The translations under genes and the position numbers were made by a program. Under the pieces are notes generated by a model. The model made no database searches, had not been told where the DNA came from, and was given only the letters and a program-made list of their open reading frames with translations. Source: Carcharhinus longimanus (taxonomy: Eukaryota). From it: a stretch of DNA of 64,000 nt. The stretch's first letter is position 1. Each line of letters starts with the position of its first letter. The stretch is from contig JASCQW010000072.1 in NCBI GenBank assembly GCA_030264375.1, forward strand, positions 35,357,487-35,421,486, read 5' to 3'. Shown in pieces: positions 11,031-22,244 of the stretch.

Positions 11031-14000
11031 AAAGTTCAAATTTACTCCTGTTAATGCTCTGTGTGAGTAACTGTCCTTCTTGGCTTCTTACTATATAAAA
11101 TCCAGTTATTTTTGTTAGCTTTGAGTCTCACAGTCACCCTTACTCCAATTATCTAACATTGCTCTGGGGACTCGGATTCAAATCCCACCATGGAAGATGG
11201 TGGAATTTGAATTCAATAAAAATCTGAATATTCACAACAATTTACACCCTAGTAAATAAATAAAATTACAATGGTGTTACCAAAAAAGTACAATTTCTTT
11301 GTTTTCTTGACATGATTGCCATTCTTTCCCTTATCCAGTACATTTTGTTTCTCATCACCAACAAACATGGGTATGTGAGTGATAGGGTGCCTCATCTCTT
11401 TCTGTTAATTACTCAGACCCTGAAAATTTGTAATCAATGCCAATTAACTGAGACAAATGGACCTTAATAGCTTAATCATCATGTTGGAAAAGCACTGACT
11501 TTACCATCCCCATCTCTTTACCACAACCTTTCCACTTTTTCTGACCCTCTCTTTCATAACCTCAGGATTAAAATTTAAAAATGGATGGTCTTTTGCAATG
11601 CCTTAGACCTATCCAAATTTTCTCTTGAGACTTCTACCTTGATGAATGCCCTGCTTCCTGCAGGTAAGCATTCAAGTGTGCAATAAAATGAAATTAATTG
11701 CAGTCCCTTCTAGGGTTGGGGGCTATCATGCACCACAGAAGATATTTTGAATTCCTCCCATAAGTAAATTGATAAGGACTGTAGCCTCCAAGAACCCCAA
11801 TCATTTGAAATGATTTTTTGCGTGAACTGCCCATGCTAGGACAGTTGTTTACTTGCAGTTTAGTTGATGGGCTACATTATCTCATCAATTACCCCTTGAT
11901 CCCTTTTAGAGTCCATTGCTATTTAGCTGACATTCCCAATCTGGTCCCCATCTATTTTGCCATTACTTTATTTATAATCATCCTTTGTCCTTACCATGTA
12001 TCACTACAGAAAGACTGAATTTGGTTGTCATATCTATACAATATAAAATGAAAATGTGTTTTTGTCTTGTAAATTTATATCTTTAATTACTTCCTCATTA
12101 AAATCTTGTACCAATGGTCGACATACCAATGTGGCAGCATCCTCCAGTACTTTTTAGATATGGGTACATTTTTCAATAATCTTTTCCATGTGACTTGTGT
12201 ACTTATCATTAACCACACTTGTGTCCTTTAGTGGGATTTTTAGTCTGTGACAAGGGTGAGCAGATTGCCTTTGTAACGTTAAGACAATTTGCTACTTTTC
12301 CTCAAATTATGATCACCGGAAGGTATTGACATTTCTTTAACATTAGGAAAACTATATTTTGTTACGAGGATGAAATTATGTCCTGATTGGGTGAGCTGTA
12401 GATCTACTGATTTTCCAAATATAATTGCTTTTTTGTGTCCCATGTCAGCTTTATTTGTGCCTTTTCATGGAAGGTTTGCTTAGCAACAGTCATATCTCAC
12501 AAGAGACTACAACTATACAAAGGAAGTGGCTTACTCCAGTTATTTTACATGGAAACACCAGTTACCTCAAATGTGTTGTCATCCCCAAATGTTAAATAAG
12601 TAGTACTTCCATACTCTCTGACTTTATTTTGATCCTCACTACAGAGTGAATCTAAACAACATTTTAACTGATTTGTTCCAAGTATTGTTGAGATGTAATC
12701 ACTATCTGTCACAGCAAAATGAATCTGTGACTAATACATTTATTAACTGACTAAAGTCTCTTGTGACTAGTACAATTTCATTAGATCGATCATTATCATT
12801 ATCGTCAACCATGGAATCCTCTGTATCATGCGTCGCTGTGTCTTTTTGCTGTTCCACTTTGGGCAGTTCATCACATTATGATACTTTGAGTCACATCTGA
12901 GGAACTTGTTAAAAGTTCTTGGGTATTCCTGGGGTTTATTTGCCTATTAAGGCTACTCCAATTCTGTCATCTGCTCAAACTGCTAAAATTTGTCTTCACC
13001 CTCATTCCTTTTGTATGTCACTCTTCTGTTGTAATGATACCTGTGCTACATATCTGAACAACCTTGAAATGCCACAATTATTGAGTCCTCCACCCTTTGA
13101 AACATGGCAGAATTTCCCATTTACACCATCGGGACAGCTGGAAATAACTGCTTCTCCAGGAATTTTTTAAAAGCAGCAGACATTTGATCTAAAAAGATAT
13201 ATTTTTTGAATGCCAGTTATGATCCACAGACAATGTTTTAGTATAATCAACAATTTAAATGTGAACACTGAATAAGGAATCTCCAAACTGAATTTCTGAA
13301 ATCTTTTTATACAGTCTGTTGAAGTTCACGGTATATTGCTCTATGGAATGACAGTCCATCTTTCAAAACCTATCAAAGTCTGACCATGCCTTGTAGGCAT
13401 CTAATAGATTATCTTCCTCGTAACTTTTATCCATAAGGCTAGAAGATCCACACTTTCATCAGTATCCTACTGACAGGCATAGAATTATTCAAAGGGTCAA
13501 GTTTATGTGAAACTCGCTTTCCCGGAGATTAGAGGCAGGGACATTGAACATTTTTAAGGCAAAGGTAGATAGATCCTTGACTAACAAGGGTATCAAAGGA
13601 TTTTGGAGATAGACAGGAAAACGGTGTTAAGGCCACAGTCAGATCAGCCATGATCTTATCGAATGGCGACGCAGGCTCCAAAGGCCAAATGTTTCTGATT
13701 TTCCCTTTGCCAGAAATAGACAGTGCTTTGGCAAGGATGTAATCTGTATACACATATCCACTTCATTTGTCCACTCGTCAAAAGATTCGGGTTCAAAGAA
13801 AATTGGGAGGTGATAATATCCTGACAGTTTACATGTGTTTCCAGCCATGCTTCACAATAGTAATTCAGATTACAATCTTCACAAAATCATAAATTTTTTT
13901 ACAGAGCCTGTATCCCTACACATTCATCCCTTGCAGATAACAAACCATCCAATTCTTCTTGACTGCCTCAATTGAACCTGTCTCCAACACAGTCAGGTAT

Positions 14001-14650
14001 TGTGTTCCTGATAGTAACCACTCTCTGCATAAATATATTTTTTCATGTTGCCCTTGCTTCTTTTGCTAATTACCTCAAATCTGTGCCCTCTTAGTCTTGA
14101 TTCTTCCATCAATGGAAACAGTTTTCCCTATCTACTTTGTCTAGACCTCTCAGGATTTTGCTCAACTTTCACTTCTGCTATGCAAATAGTCCCAACTTCT
14201 CTAATCTATTTGTGTAACTGATGTCTGTATGAAAAACAATCTTTGTAACTAGCTTATGCTACCCTGTGAATTATTTCTGAAATCAGGTGGTGAAGTAGGA
14301 AACCAAATGCCAATCTTTTACTTATTCCTACAGAAGCTAATATTATATGCTTGCCTCCTCTCTAATCAACTTGCAGAAGTTTATCTTTATATGCTCTTTT
14401 TGAAACCAATAAAATAAATATACTAATTAATATAACAGCCCTGAAAGGCACACAACAACTACTGTTGGTTTTGGAACATCAATCTTTCATCTAACGAACA
14501 TGTTAACCAATTGCACCACAGGTTCAAGTCTCTCTTTGTGTGCTCACAGTACTTAATGAATCAATGCTCTTCACCCTTTGTATCCTTAACCATGATAATA
14601 GTATTAACAGAAAATAACAGAAGAAGGGGAAAAAAAACTTGCTATAACTA

Positions 14651-14899
14651 CATAAGAACATAAGAAATAGGAGCAGGAGTAGGCCATCTAGCCCTTTGAG
14701 CCTGCTCCGTCATTCAACAAGACCATGGCTAACTTGAAGTGGATCAGTTCCACTTTCCCACTTTCACCCCATAACCCTTAATTCCCTTGTCTATCAGAAA
14801 CTTATCTACCCATTGACTTAAATATATTCAGCGAGGTAGCCTCCACCACTTCAATGGGCAGAGAATTCCAAAGACTCACTACCCTTTGAGTGAAGAAGT
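14651..14899 (-). mobile_element. CR1 3' end, gap-truncated
   Basis: cataagaacataagaaataggagc tail. Minus frame FFTQRVVSLWNSLPIEVVEATSLNIFK is the CR1 ORF2 C-terminus. Confidence 0.85.
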
Positions 14900-15044
14900 N
14901 NNNNNNNNNNNNNNNNNNNNNNNNNNNNNNNNNNNNNNNNNNNNNNNNNNNNNNNNNNNNNNNNNNNNNNNNNNNNNNNNNNNNNNNNNNNNNNNNNNNC
15001 TCCGATCTAAACTGCACCCCCCCCCCCTTATTTTGAGGTTTAAT

Positions 15045-15290
15045 ACATTCGCCACCTTTTGTAGTTTCTGGCGGCCTTAGGCAGAGCAGGAACCATACCA
15101 AGCTATGATACAATCAGAAAGAATGCTTTCTGTGATGCAAGTGTAAAAGTTGGTGAGAGTCATAGCTGACGTGCCAAATTTCTTTGGTCTTCTGAGAAAG
15201 GAGAGGCGTTGGTGAGCTTTTTTAACTATAATGTCGACATGGGGGGATCAGGACAGGTTGTTGGTGATGTGGACAGCTAAAATCTTGAAT
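15045..15290 (-). mobile_element. Rex1/Babar LINE RT C-terminal fragment
   Basis: Minus frame VHITNNLS*SPHVDIIVKKAHQRLSFLRRPKKFG...LTNFYTCITESILSDCIIAWYGSC, typical of Rex1/Babar (KKAQQRLxFLR, ESILxxCIxxWYG). Confidence 0.8.
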
Positions 15291-15446
15291 CTTTCATTTT
15301 AACTAATGTTAAGATGTGACTGTTGAGCTCAATCTATCCCTAAGGAGGCTTAATTCACAAAACAACAATGTTTGAAAATGTAGATTAATACTGCCAATGG
15401 TTTGAACCAGCATGGTGTTGACAATGAAAGGTAACTGAACATTCCA

Positions 15447-15569
15447 ATGATGTGGAGATGCTGGCGTTGGACTCAGGTAGGCACACTCACCTGATGAAGG
15501 AGCAGTGCTTCAAAGCTTGTGATTCCAAATAAACCTGTTGGACTTTAACCTGGTAGTGTGAGACTTCTT
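15447..15569 (+). mobile_element. Short Penelope-derived insertion with a decayed hammerhead core and 13-bp direct repeats
   Basis: ctgatga-a-ggagc-agt-gcttc-aaag (15491-15515), then aaataaacctgttggactttaacctgg. actgaacattcca occurs at 15434-15446 and 15570-15582. Confidence 0.7.
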
Positions 15570-16365
15570 ACTGAACATTCCAGTAATTGTTTTATAGATA
15601 TTATTTCCTCAAGTATTAATTTAAATGCAGCATAGTTATTGCCAGGTTAGGCAAATGGCTTTACTCTTGGGTGAGATGAGGTAGCGGAGTACCAGTTTGA
15701 CTAAAAGACGACAATACAACAAAACTGATTTGAGATAAACAAAACAGGAAACTGCAGAGAAGGGAAGCCCTGCCCTAGGCTAAAGGCCACTATGTAGATG
15801 TTCAGTTTCTTTTAGGCAACTATCATCGAGAAAGGTCCTTCTGAGTGAGATAGTCACCAATTGAATCATGGCTTTCACTATGTACAGGCTGCAAAAGGAA
15901 ATCAAATGAAATAAATGAGTTTCAATTACAACTGGTAATCATGTTCTGTGAATCAGCTTAACTGTTCACAGTTGGCCTTGTTTCACTAAGTCTACTCGAA
16001 TCATCTTTGGAGAAATTGAAGAAACATTCATGCAAAGGACACAATATTTGGCCAGATGGGATGCATGTTATGACAAGGACACAAAGAGACTGCAAAGATA
16101 TATAGAGGGAAATGAGTGTTAAATGAGTGGACAACATGGTGGTGAATGGTGTATACTGTGAGGATATTCATTTTGGTAGTAAGAATAGAAAAACAGAATA
16201 TTTTTAAAAGTTTGAAACTTTTAAATGTTAATGTTCAAAGGGACTTGAGCACACTTGTACAAGGAGCACAAAGCTGGCATGCAAATGCAATTAGAGTAAT
16301 TAGAGTATTACGCTCAGAATGCTTAAGGGAGTACCTGGTGTCACTTGACTTGAGAGGAACTTACA

Positions 16366-16756
16366 GCCGACAGAATAAGCCAAGACACTGAATTTTTAAC
16401 CAAAGCATTAGCAAGCACTATAGACATGAATGAATTTACAGCTGGTCTCTTCCGCATCTACAAGTTGGTGCTTGAGGATGGTATTACCCAGACTATTACT
16501 CTAGGTATAAACAGATCAGACTATATGTTTGACAAAGGCCTGGATCACAACACTTCCTTGAACCAAATAAATTAATACCATTGCTGCTAGTTACGCTGTG
16601 CTGGCGGAGCGAGTCCCAGATGTACATTGGCACATCATTAACTTCTGGGGAAAAACTAATGAAGAAGCTAAGATCCTGACTAACAATGCCATAAAAGGCA
16701 TTGCTGAAGGAGTTGCAAAAGCCTGCCAACTGTATGGGCATCATATGCAATGGTTC
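16366..16756 (+). pseudogene. GSS: Processed (intronless) glutathione synthetase pseudogene fragment inside an NRIP2 intron
   Basis: Translates ADRISQDTEFLTKALASTIDMNEFTAGLFRIYKLVLEDGITQTITLGINRSDYMFDKGLDHNTSLNQI, then a frameshift near 16570, then INTIAASYAVLAERVPDVHWHIINFWGKTNEEAKILTNNAIKGIAEGVAKACQLYG. Matches recalled GSS motifs LGLNRSDYMF, IEINTISAS and [23 protein letters not shown], with no introns. Confidence 0.88.
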
Positions 16757-17499
16757 GTTGATGTAAGGATTCAGATCATTGATGTATAGAACACATGAGG
16801 TTTCAAATTTCATGTGGTCAGTTGAGTTAGATTTGCATCAATAGAAATCAGTTGTGCTTGCCAACAATCTGGAGAGCTGTTTGCAATGGAATTTCCCGTA
16901 TCAGCTCATTTCCACTTCCATTGGAGTAGTCATTGATGTAAATTTCATATAAAATGGGGGTGATGTGTGTTGTGCTGGGATGCTTTGAAATGAGATTACA
17001 ATTGTTAATAAGCCAGTGCTGGCTGAATAATGTGGCAGCAGCTGGTCAGGAGGAACATTCTTGGTTCAGTGAGTGGACTGTCAGCCAACTTGTTAGTCAG
17101 TTTGTCTCCTGACTGTCACTTTACAAGAATGTTGATAAACAGATGAACCAGAAACAGGCAAGAAAGGCAGCAGGCTGTGATGCACAGGGGGTAATGCTGC
17201 AATTGTTTTGGGTTGTTCATGATGCTGACAAAATGGTATTTATGATCAATACTCCCATGGGAATCGTACTGACTTTCCTGCCTTCTATTGCATATTTTTA
17301 CTTGATTTTCTACTTTTCAGCTCATTAATTATGCATGTGAGGAGTTTGTCAAATCCCGTGACCGTCTGGCCAGTGATTTCTCTACCCTATTGCTAACTCC
17401 TGGAGTCAAAGGTGCTGGTGTGTTCACTCACTGTAGGCCAGCTTTGTGAACATATATATTCCAATACCAACCAAATATACCAAACCCTCTACTAATGCA

Positions 17500-20400
17500 T
17501 CAGTGAGGCTTCCTTGGTGATACTCCTCCAGATTGCCCAGGAAAGATCAGAGGTCCTCCTTCCAAAGAATGAAGCAGGAGGTCCACCCACCTGAGCACAC
17601 AGACTTGGGAGGAGGTCACCAGGCAGGTCAACACCAGTGACAAGCAAATTAATGATCTGATGCACTTTGCCAGTGTAGTGAACTTTCTCTGCACCGCAAG
17701 CTCATGCTCTCATAAGGGCGTAAGGCAGCCTAAAGATTATTCCACAGAAATGTCACACTACCAACAGGTAGAACATGAGCAGTAAATGTCTGCCATCTCA
17801 CATGTGAACTTGCACAAATGGCATTTTCATCCCTTAATCAGGAAGGTTCAGCATCTTTCTGAATTGTTCTTTGACTGCTTAGTCAATCCATCTGCCTTTA
17901 TGCAGGACAAAGTTGCCTTTGATCAGCAGGAGCCAAATCCAGAGAGGACACCCGAGACTGAGGGCACTGTCATCCCATAGACAGCAGGCTGCAGAGCTGG
18001 CTGACAAAGACAGAGATCATTCCTGCATGAAAGAGCCCCTTAGTGTCAGGGGTACTAGCTAAGGTAAATATATGGCGAGAGGGCCTGGTGGGCTTGCGGT
18101 CAGTGCAGACTCAGTGGGCCGGATAGTCTCCTTCTGCACTGGAGGATTCTATTATTCTATGATGCTTCACAAAGATGATATTGAACTCCCTTAACCCCTA
18201 ACAAGCCTGTGAGGATCCATACAGTATACATTGGGCACATATGGACATGACTGTGAGTGATCCATAATGTAGGAGCCTGCCTAGACAATCACTAATTACC
18301 TATTTTCTCTATACCAGCCACCAGCAAGGAAAGGTGGCAGGAAAGCTCCAACAAGCACCTCAGCCCCAGCCTCCAGACTACCTCCAATGAGGATACTGAA
18401 GAACCTTCAGATAAAGATTCTTCACTGCGTTCAGCTGCACCCTACACCAGCACAGATATATACACCTTGGTGGGTTCTAGTTTTAAGAGGAGACTTGAGT
18501 TCATTATTCAGTGATCGCGTCACAGGCAGGTGTCAACGCTGAGGAATTAACAGCTGAGGTCACTGACATTCAGGGACAGCTGGAGTCCAGGCCCTTGCAG
18601 AGTCCGGGTTTGTGGATGAGCCTCTGGAATTGGCTTGAAGAGAAATGTTGGAAATGCAGAGACAAGCAGAGGCATTCAGCAGATTCAAATGAAAGCTGAG
18701 GAGTCCGTCCATGTTCTATCTCATGTTGTAGCTCTGAGATACAAGCGCATCAAAGTCTCCAATGGGATGGGTTGCAGCCACTTTGGATACCCAGAACATG
18801 CAGTTCCTGCAGGCTTTGCTCCTTGTTAGGGGAGTTCAATCTTGCCTTTCATCACTCTAGCCATGGGTGCATTCCAGTAGTGGCTAGGTGTGAAGGGGTG
18901 GGCATCTCGAGGGTCTTCAAGCACCTATAGGAAGGAGGAATGCCAGCCAAAGGCATCCACCCAGGTCTCACCAAGGGTATCCTGCAATTCCAAATCACCT
19001 CTGCCCATGACTTGATCAACTCCAGGTCACGCAGAGGTGATCAGGTCATAGGCACCTGCCCTGGAGCAGGAGACTTTTAGCAAGCCAGACCATCCCAGCC
19101 TCTGGCCTCCAGAGGGTGCCTGCTAAAGTCATCTCAGCCAACAGAGCATAGTAGTCAGCAGACTGCCTCCAACTCTGCTGTGGATTTTGGGCTGCATCTA
19201 TATGTAGTGGTAGAGTTAGGAAAATTAGAGAAGTTTTGAATGCACAGTGATGACATTGATATTTGTTCACTATATATAACTTCATCAAAGGAAATATATT
19301 TCACATTTATCCCTCTCCAAGCCTCAGTTATTGAATAGCTAATCAATGCGATGCAAGGTCCCACGTTCATTCAAGGTTATGACGCTGAGTGATGGAAGCT
19401 GGTTTCATTCTGTGAGTTTGAAATATCTGCTGGATGGGAATGAGTGTGTGTGATGTCAGAGATGTATGCTCATCCTGATGGTGCTGCCTACTTATCTGTG
19501 TGGATCTTATTTTGTTCCTGAACAGCAGCCTATTGTTGCTTTACAGAATTCCTCTGTGAAATCACAGAGCGTCAAGTGATATGGAATTCATTGCACGATT
19601 GAGCACTCATTGTCTTAGGGTTCATAGAAAGGTCTTTGCGAAATGGGCAATGTCAAGGATTTTAATGGTATGGAATGGTATATACATCTGCTGAGTGCTT
19701 ATCAGTATCTATGAAGAGGAGAAATTATCGTTGACTCCTGTATCAAAAGTGACTAGGCCATGCCTCTCCCAGATGCCAAGGCAATGCAGGATGCAAGCTT
19801 TGCAGGCTGCCAATGAATGCAGGGTGCTGAGTATTTGTCAATAGCGACATGATGATCCCGCTGAACCACTCTCAATGAGGACAATGACTCACAGCTTCGC
19901 ATCCACGTTGACATGTAACACATCATTACGTCCTGATGTCCAATGGCATCTTAGGGCTTGGTATCAAGATGCGGCTTTGTATTAATCATGTATGAAAGCT
20001 AGCATTTGGAGAGGTCATGATGTCCAGATGGAGCTTTATCTTGAGATGGTCAAGTGCTAATCATTGACAAATGTTTTTCGTCCTACAGCTGCCTTGCTAA
20101 GCTTCTGCCACACTGGTATAAGTGCATCTATGTAGCATTTCAGTCGCTTGAAGATTGCCATGGCCACTGATCTGTCGGCGGCTTGGTTGAAAAGACTGCA
20201 CCATGTGTAGTTGTTTAAGATTGTGTGCTGGTGGAATGCTTATCCCAATCCATAGCAGCCACATGGTCCCTAGGCTAATGCATATACCAAGAATGATCCC
20301 ATTGTTAGGGTTGAAGGTGACTTATGACTTATGCTTTCTCTGTTTTGAGATTGATGACCTATTGTGATATGTTGAAGATAACAATGAATGTGTTGTTGTC

Positions 20401-22200
20401 TCCCCTGCACCGAAGTGTGAAGGGAACCGCACTCATTAACAACTTGTCTTCATTGTATTTCTTCTAGAATCTTGTAGTTATGAGGTTATCATGGGTCCGT
20501 CTGCTGCACCGTGCCCATGCATTGGCCTCGTGGCTTATTTGAATCCTCACCCTCTGCAGATTCATCCCCCTCAATGTCCTCCTCATCCGAAGAGATGTGT
20601 AGCTCCTCCATGTCTCTCTGTGGCACAATATCCACTTTTTGCAGCATTAGGTTGTGTAGCACACAACAAACATCAGTGATGCAGGACACCCTCTGTGGTG
20701 AGTACTGGAAAGCTCTGCCTGATCAGTCTAAACATCTGAAATACATGGCTATGAGGCCAATTGTCTGCTGTATGAAGTACCTTGTAGTTGAATGTGCAGC
20801 AATGTATCTCTCCTCAGGTGTACTCTGTGGATAATGATTGGGGGTTAGTGGCCATGTCTTAACAGGTCTTACTAATTACCGAGGAGCCAACTCTCAAAGC
20901 GCTGAGCTCCCTCAAATATCTCTGGCACTTGGGAAAGACTCAAAATGAAGGAGTTGTCTGAGCTCCCTGGGTACCTGGCATAAATATGCACGATCTGCTT
21001 CATGATCACAAATCAGAAAGTGAAATCCCTTTCTATTAATGAGTTTCACAGGCTACCATCAGGGAGCTCGCAAGGTCATATGTGCAATCGATTGTGCAGA
21101 TACTTACAAAAAGCCTGAAGTAGCAGCAAATCTCACAGCTCTGGCAGCCTGGCTTGCTTCATCCATGTGTAACTGCACGTAATGGTGAGCTATCGAAAAG
21201 GGCATTGGTCACCTCCTTGATGCATCTGTGGGTTGCTGATTGTGAGATTCTGCAAAGGGCCCCAGTGGATCTGCAAGCAAAAAAGCTCCAAGTCTGTGAA
21301 GTGTGTTTCTCATGGAGAATTTAGCAAATAATAGCTACCACATCCCTATGGGCAGCAGGGTAGCACAGTGGTTAGCACTGCTGCTTCACAGCCCCAGGGA
21401 CCTGGGTTTGATTCCCGGCTTGGGTCACTGTCTGTGTGGAGTTTGCATATTCTCCTCGTGTCTACGTGAGTTTCCTCCGGGTGCTCCGGTTTCCTCCCAC
21501 AGTCCAAAGACGTGCAGGTTAGGTTGATTAGCCATGCCAAAATTGCCCCTTAGAGAGAGTCCTGAGATGCATAGGTTAGAGGGATTAGCAGGTAAATATG
21601 TAGGGATATGGAGGTAGGGCTGGGTGAAATTGTGGTCAGTGGAGACTTGATGGGCCGAATGGCCTCCTTCTGCACTGTAGGGTTTCTATGATTCTATAGA
21701 CAAGCAAAGAGTCTGTGGCATTATATTCTGCTGATCTGACCCATGGTTGTGTCAAACATCTTTGTGGATTTGGCTCCTCCTCATCAGCATCTGGGTCTTC
21801 CTCAAGCCCTGCTGGCTCTTGTTCCTCAGGGGAACAGCCTATCCTGAACTGTGCCAATTAGCAAAGGTCCTTCTTCTTCTCATTCAAATCAGTGCCTGTG
21901 GCCCGCATTCTCTACTGTTCCTCATTTCTGTGAACAGAAACAACTGAGCAATCAGTGGTCGTCCCCATTGAATTGTCTTCCTCCATATACACGACAGCAA
22001 TGCATTCTCCAGCCCTTGACTTTCCCTGAGTCTACACATCACATACCAAGGCCACCTCTTGCAGGATGATATCATCGTAGTGGATGACAGGTGGCTGATC
22101 TTTCTCTCCAGATGTTACTGCACATTCACGAGTGTCTTAGTTTGTGCCAAAAGACCCAACTTTTAGGAGCCACAGTCAACCTTGTGTTGCTTGTCGTGAT
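17500..22200. mobile_element. Large decayed PIF/Harbinger element: transposase on - (~20450-21900) and Myb/SANT-like partner remnants on + (~17500-19220)
   Basis: Minus strand GLIAMYFRCLD*SGRAFQYSPQRVSCITDVCCVLHNL, plus IDCTH-like and ASQAARAVRF segments of a HARBI1-type transposase. Plus strand QTWEEVTRQV is Myb-like. Many stops and frameshifts. Confidence 0.7.
21349..21697 (+). mobile_element. Near full-length HE1 V-SINE with CR1-derived tail, inserted in the Harbinger transposase
   Basis: gggcagcagggtagcacagtggttagcactgctgc head, V-domain body, tail gggccgaatggcctccttctgcactgtagggtttctatgattct. Confidence 0.9.
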
Positions 22201-22244
22201 ATCAACTACAAATATCCAGTCCTTGCACTTATGTCCTTACAGCA

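Larger units (their letters stand above)
7608..14609 (-). mobile_element. Decayed Ty1/Copia LTR retrotransposon (GalEa-like) with both LTRs and nested insertions
   Basis: 5' LTR 14609-14265 (TG...CA) followed by PBS-like gggtagcataagc. Gag PIFFEPESFDEWTNEVDM (~13800) and LDAYKAWSDFDRF (~13390). Protease-like segment ~12700. RT KAWGFEE..., SMNIKNTFLQ (~9350) and GIFIMQVDDFLWG (~8880). PPT aaaaaagaggggaa (8659-8645) abuts the TG start of the 3' LTR at 8642, whose pieces (8581-8642, 7610-7765) match the 5' LTR. Confidence 0.85.
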
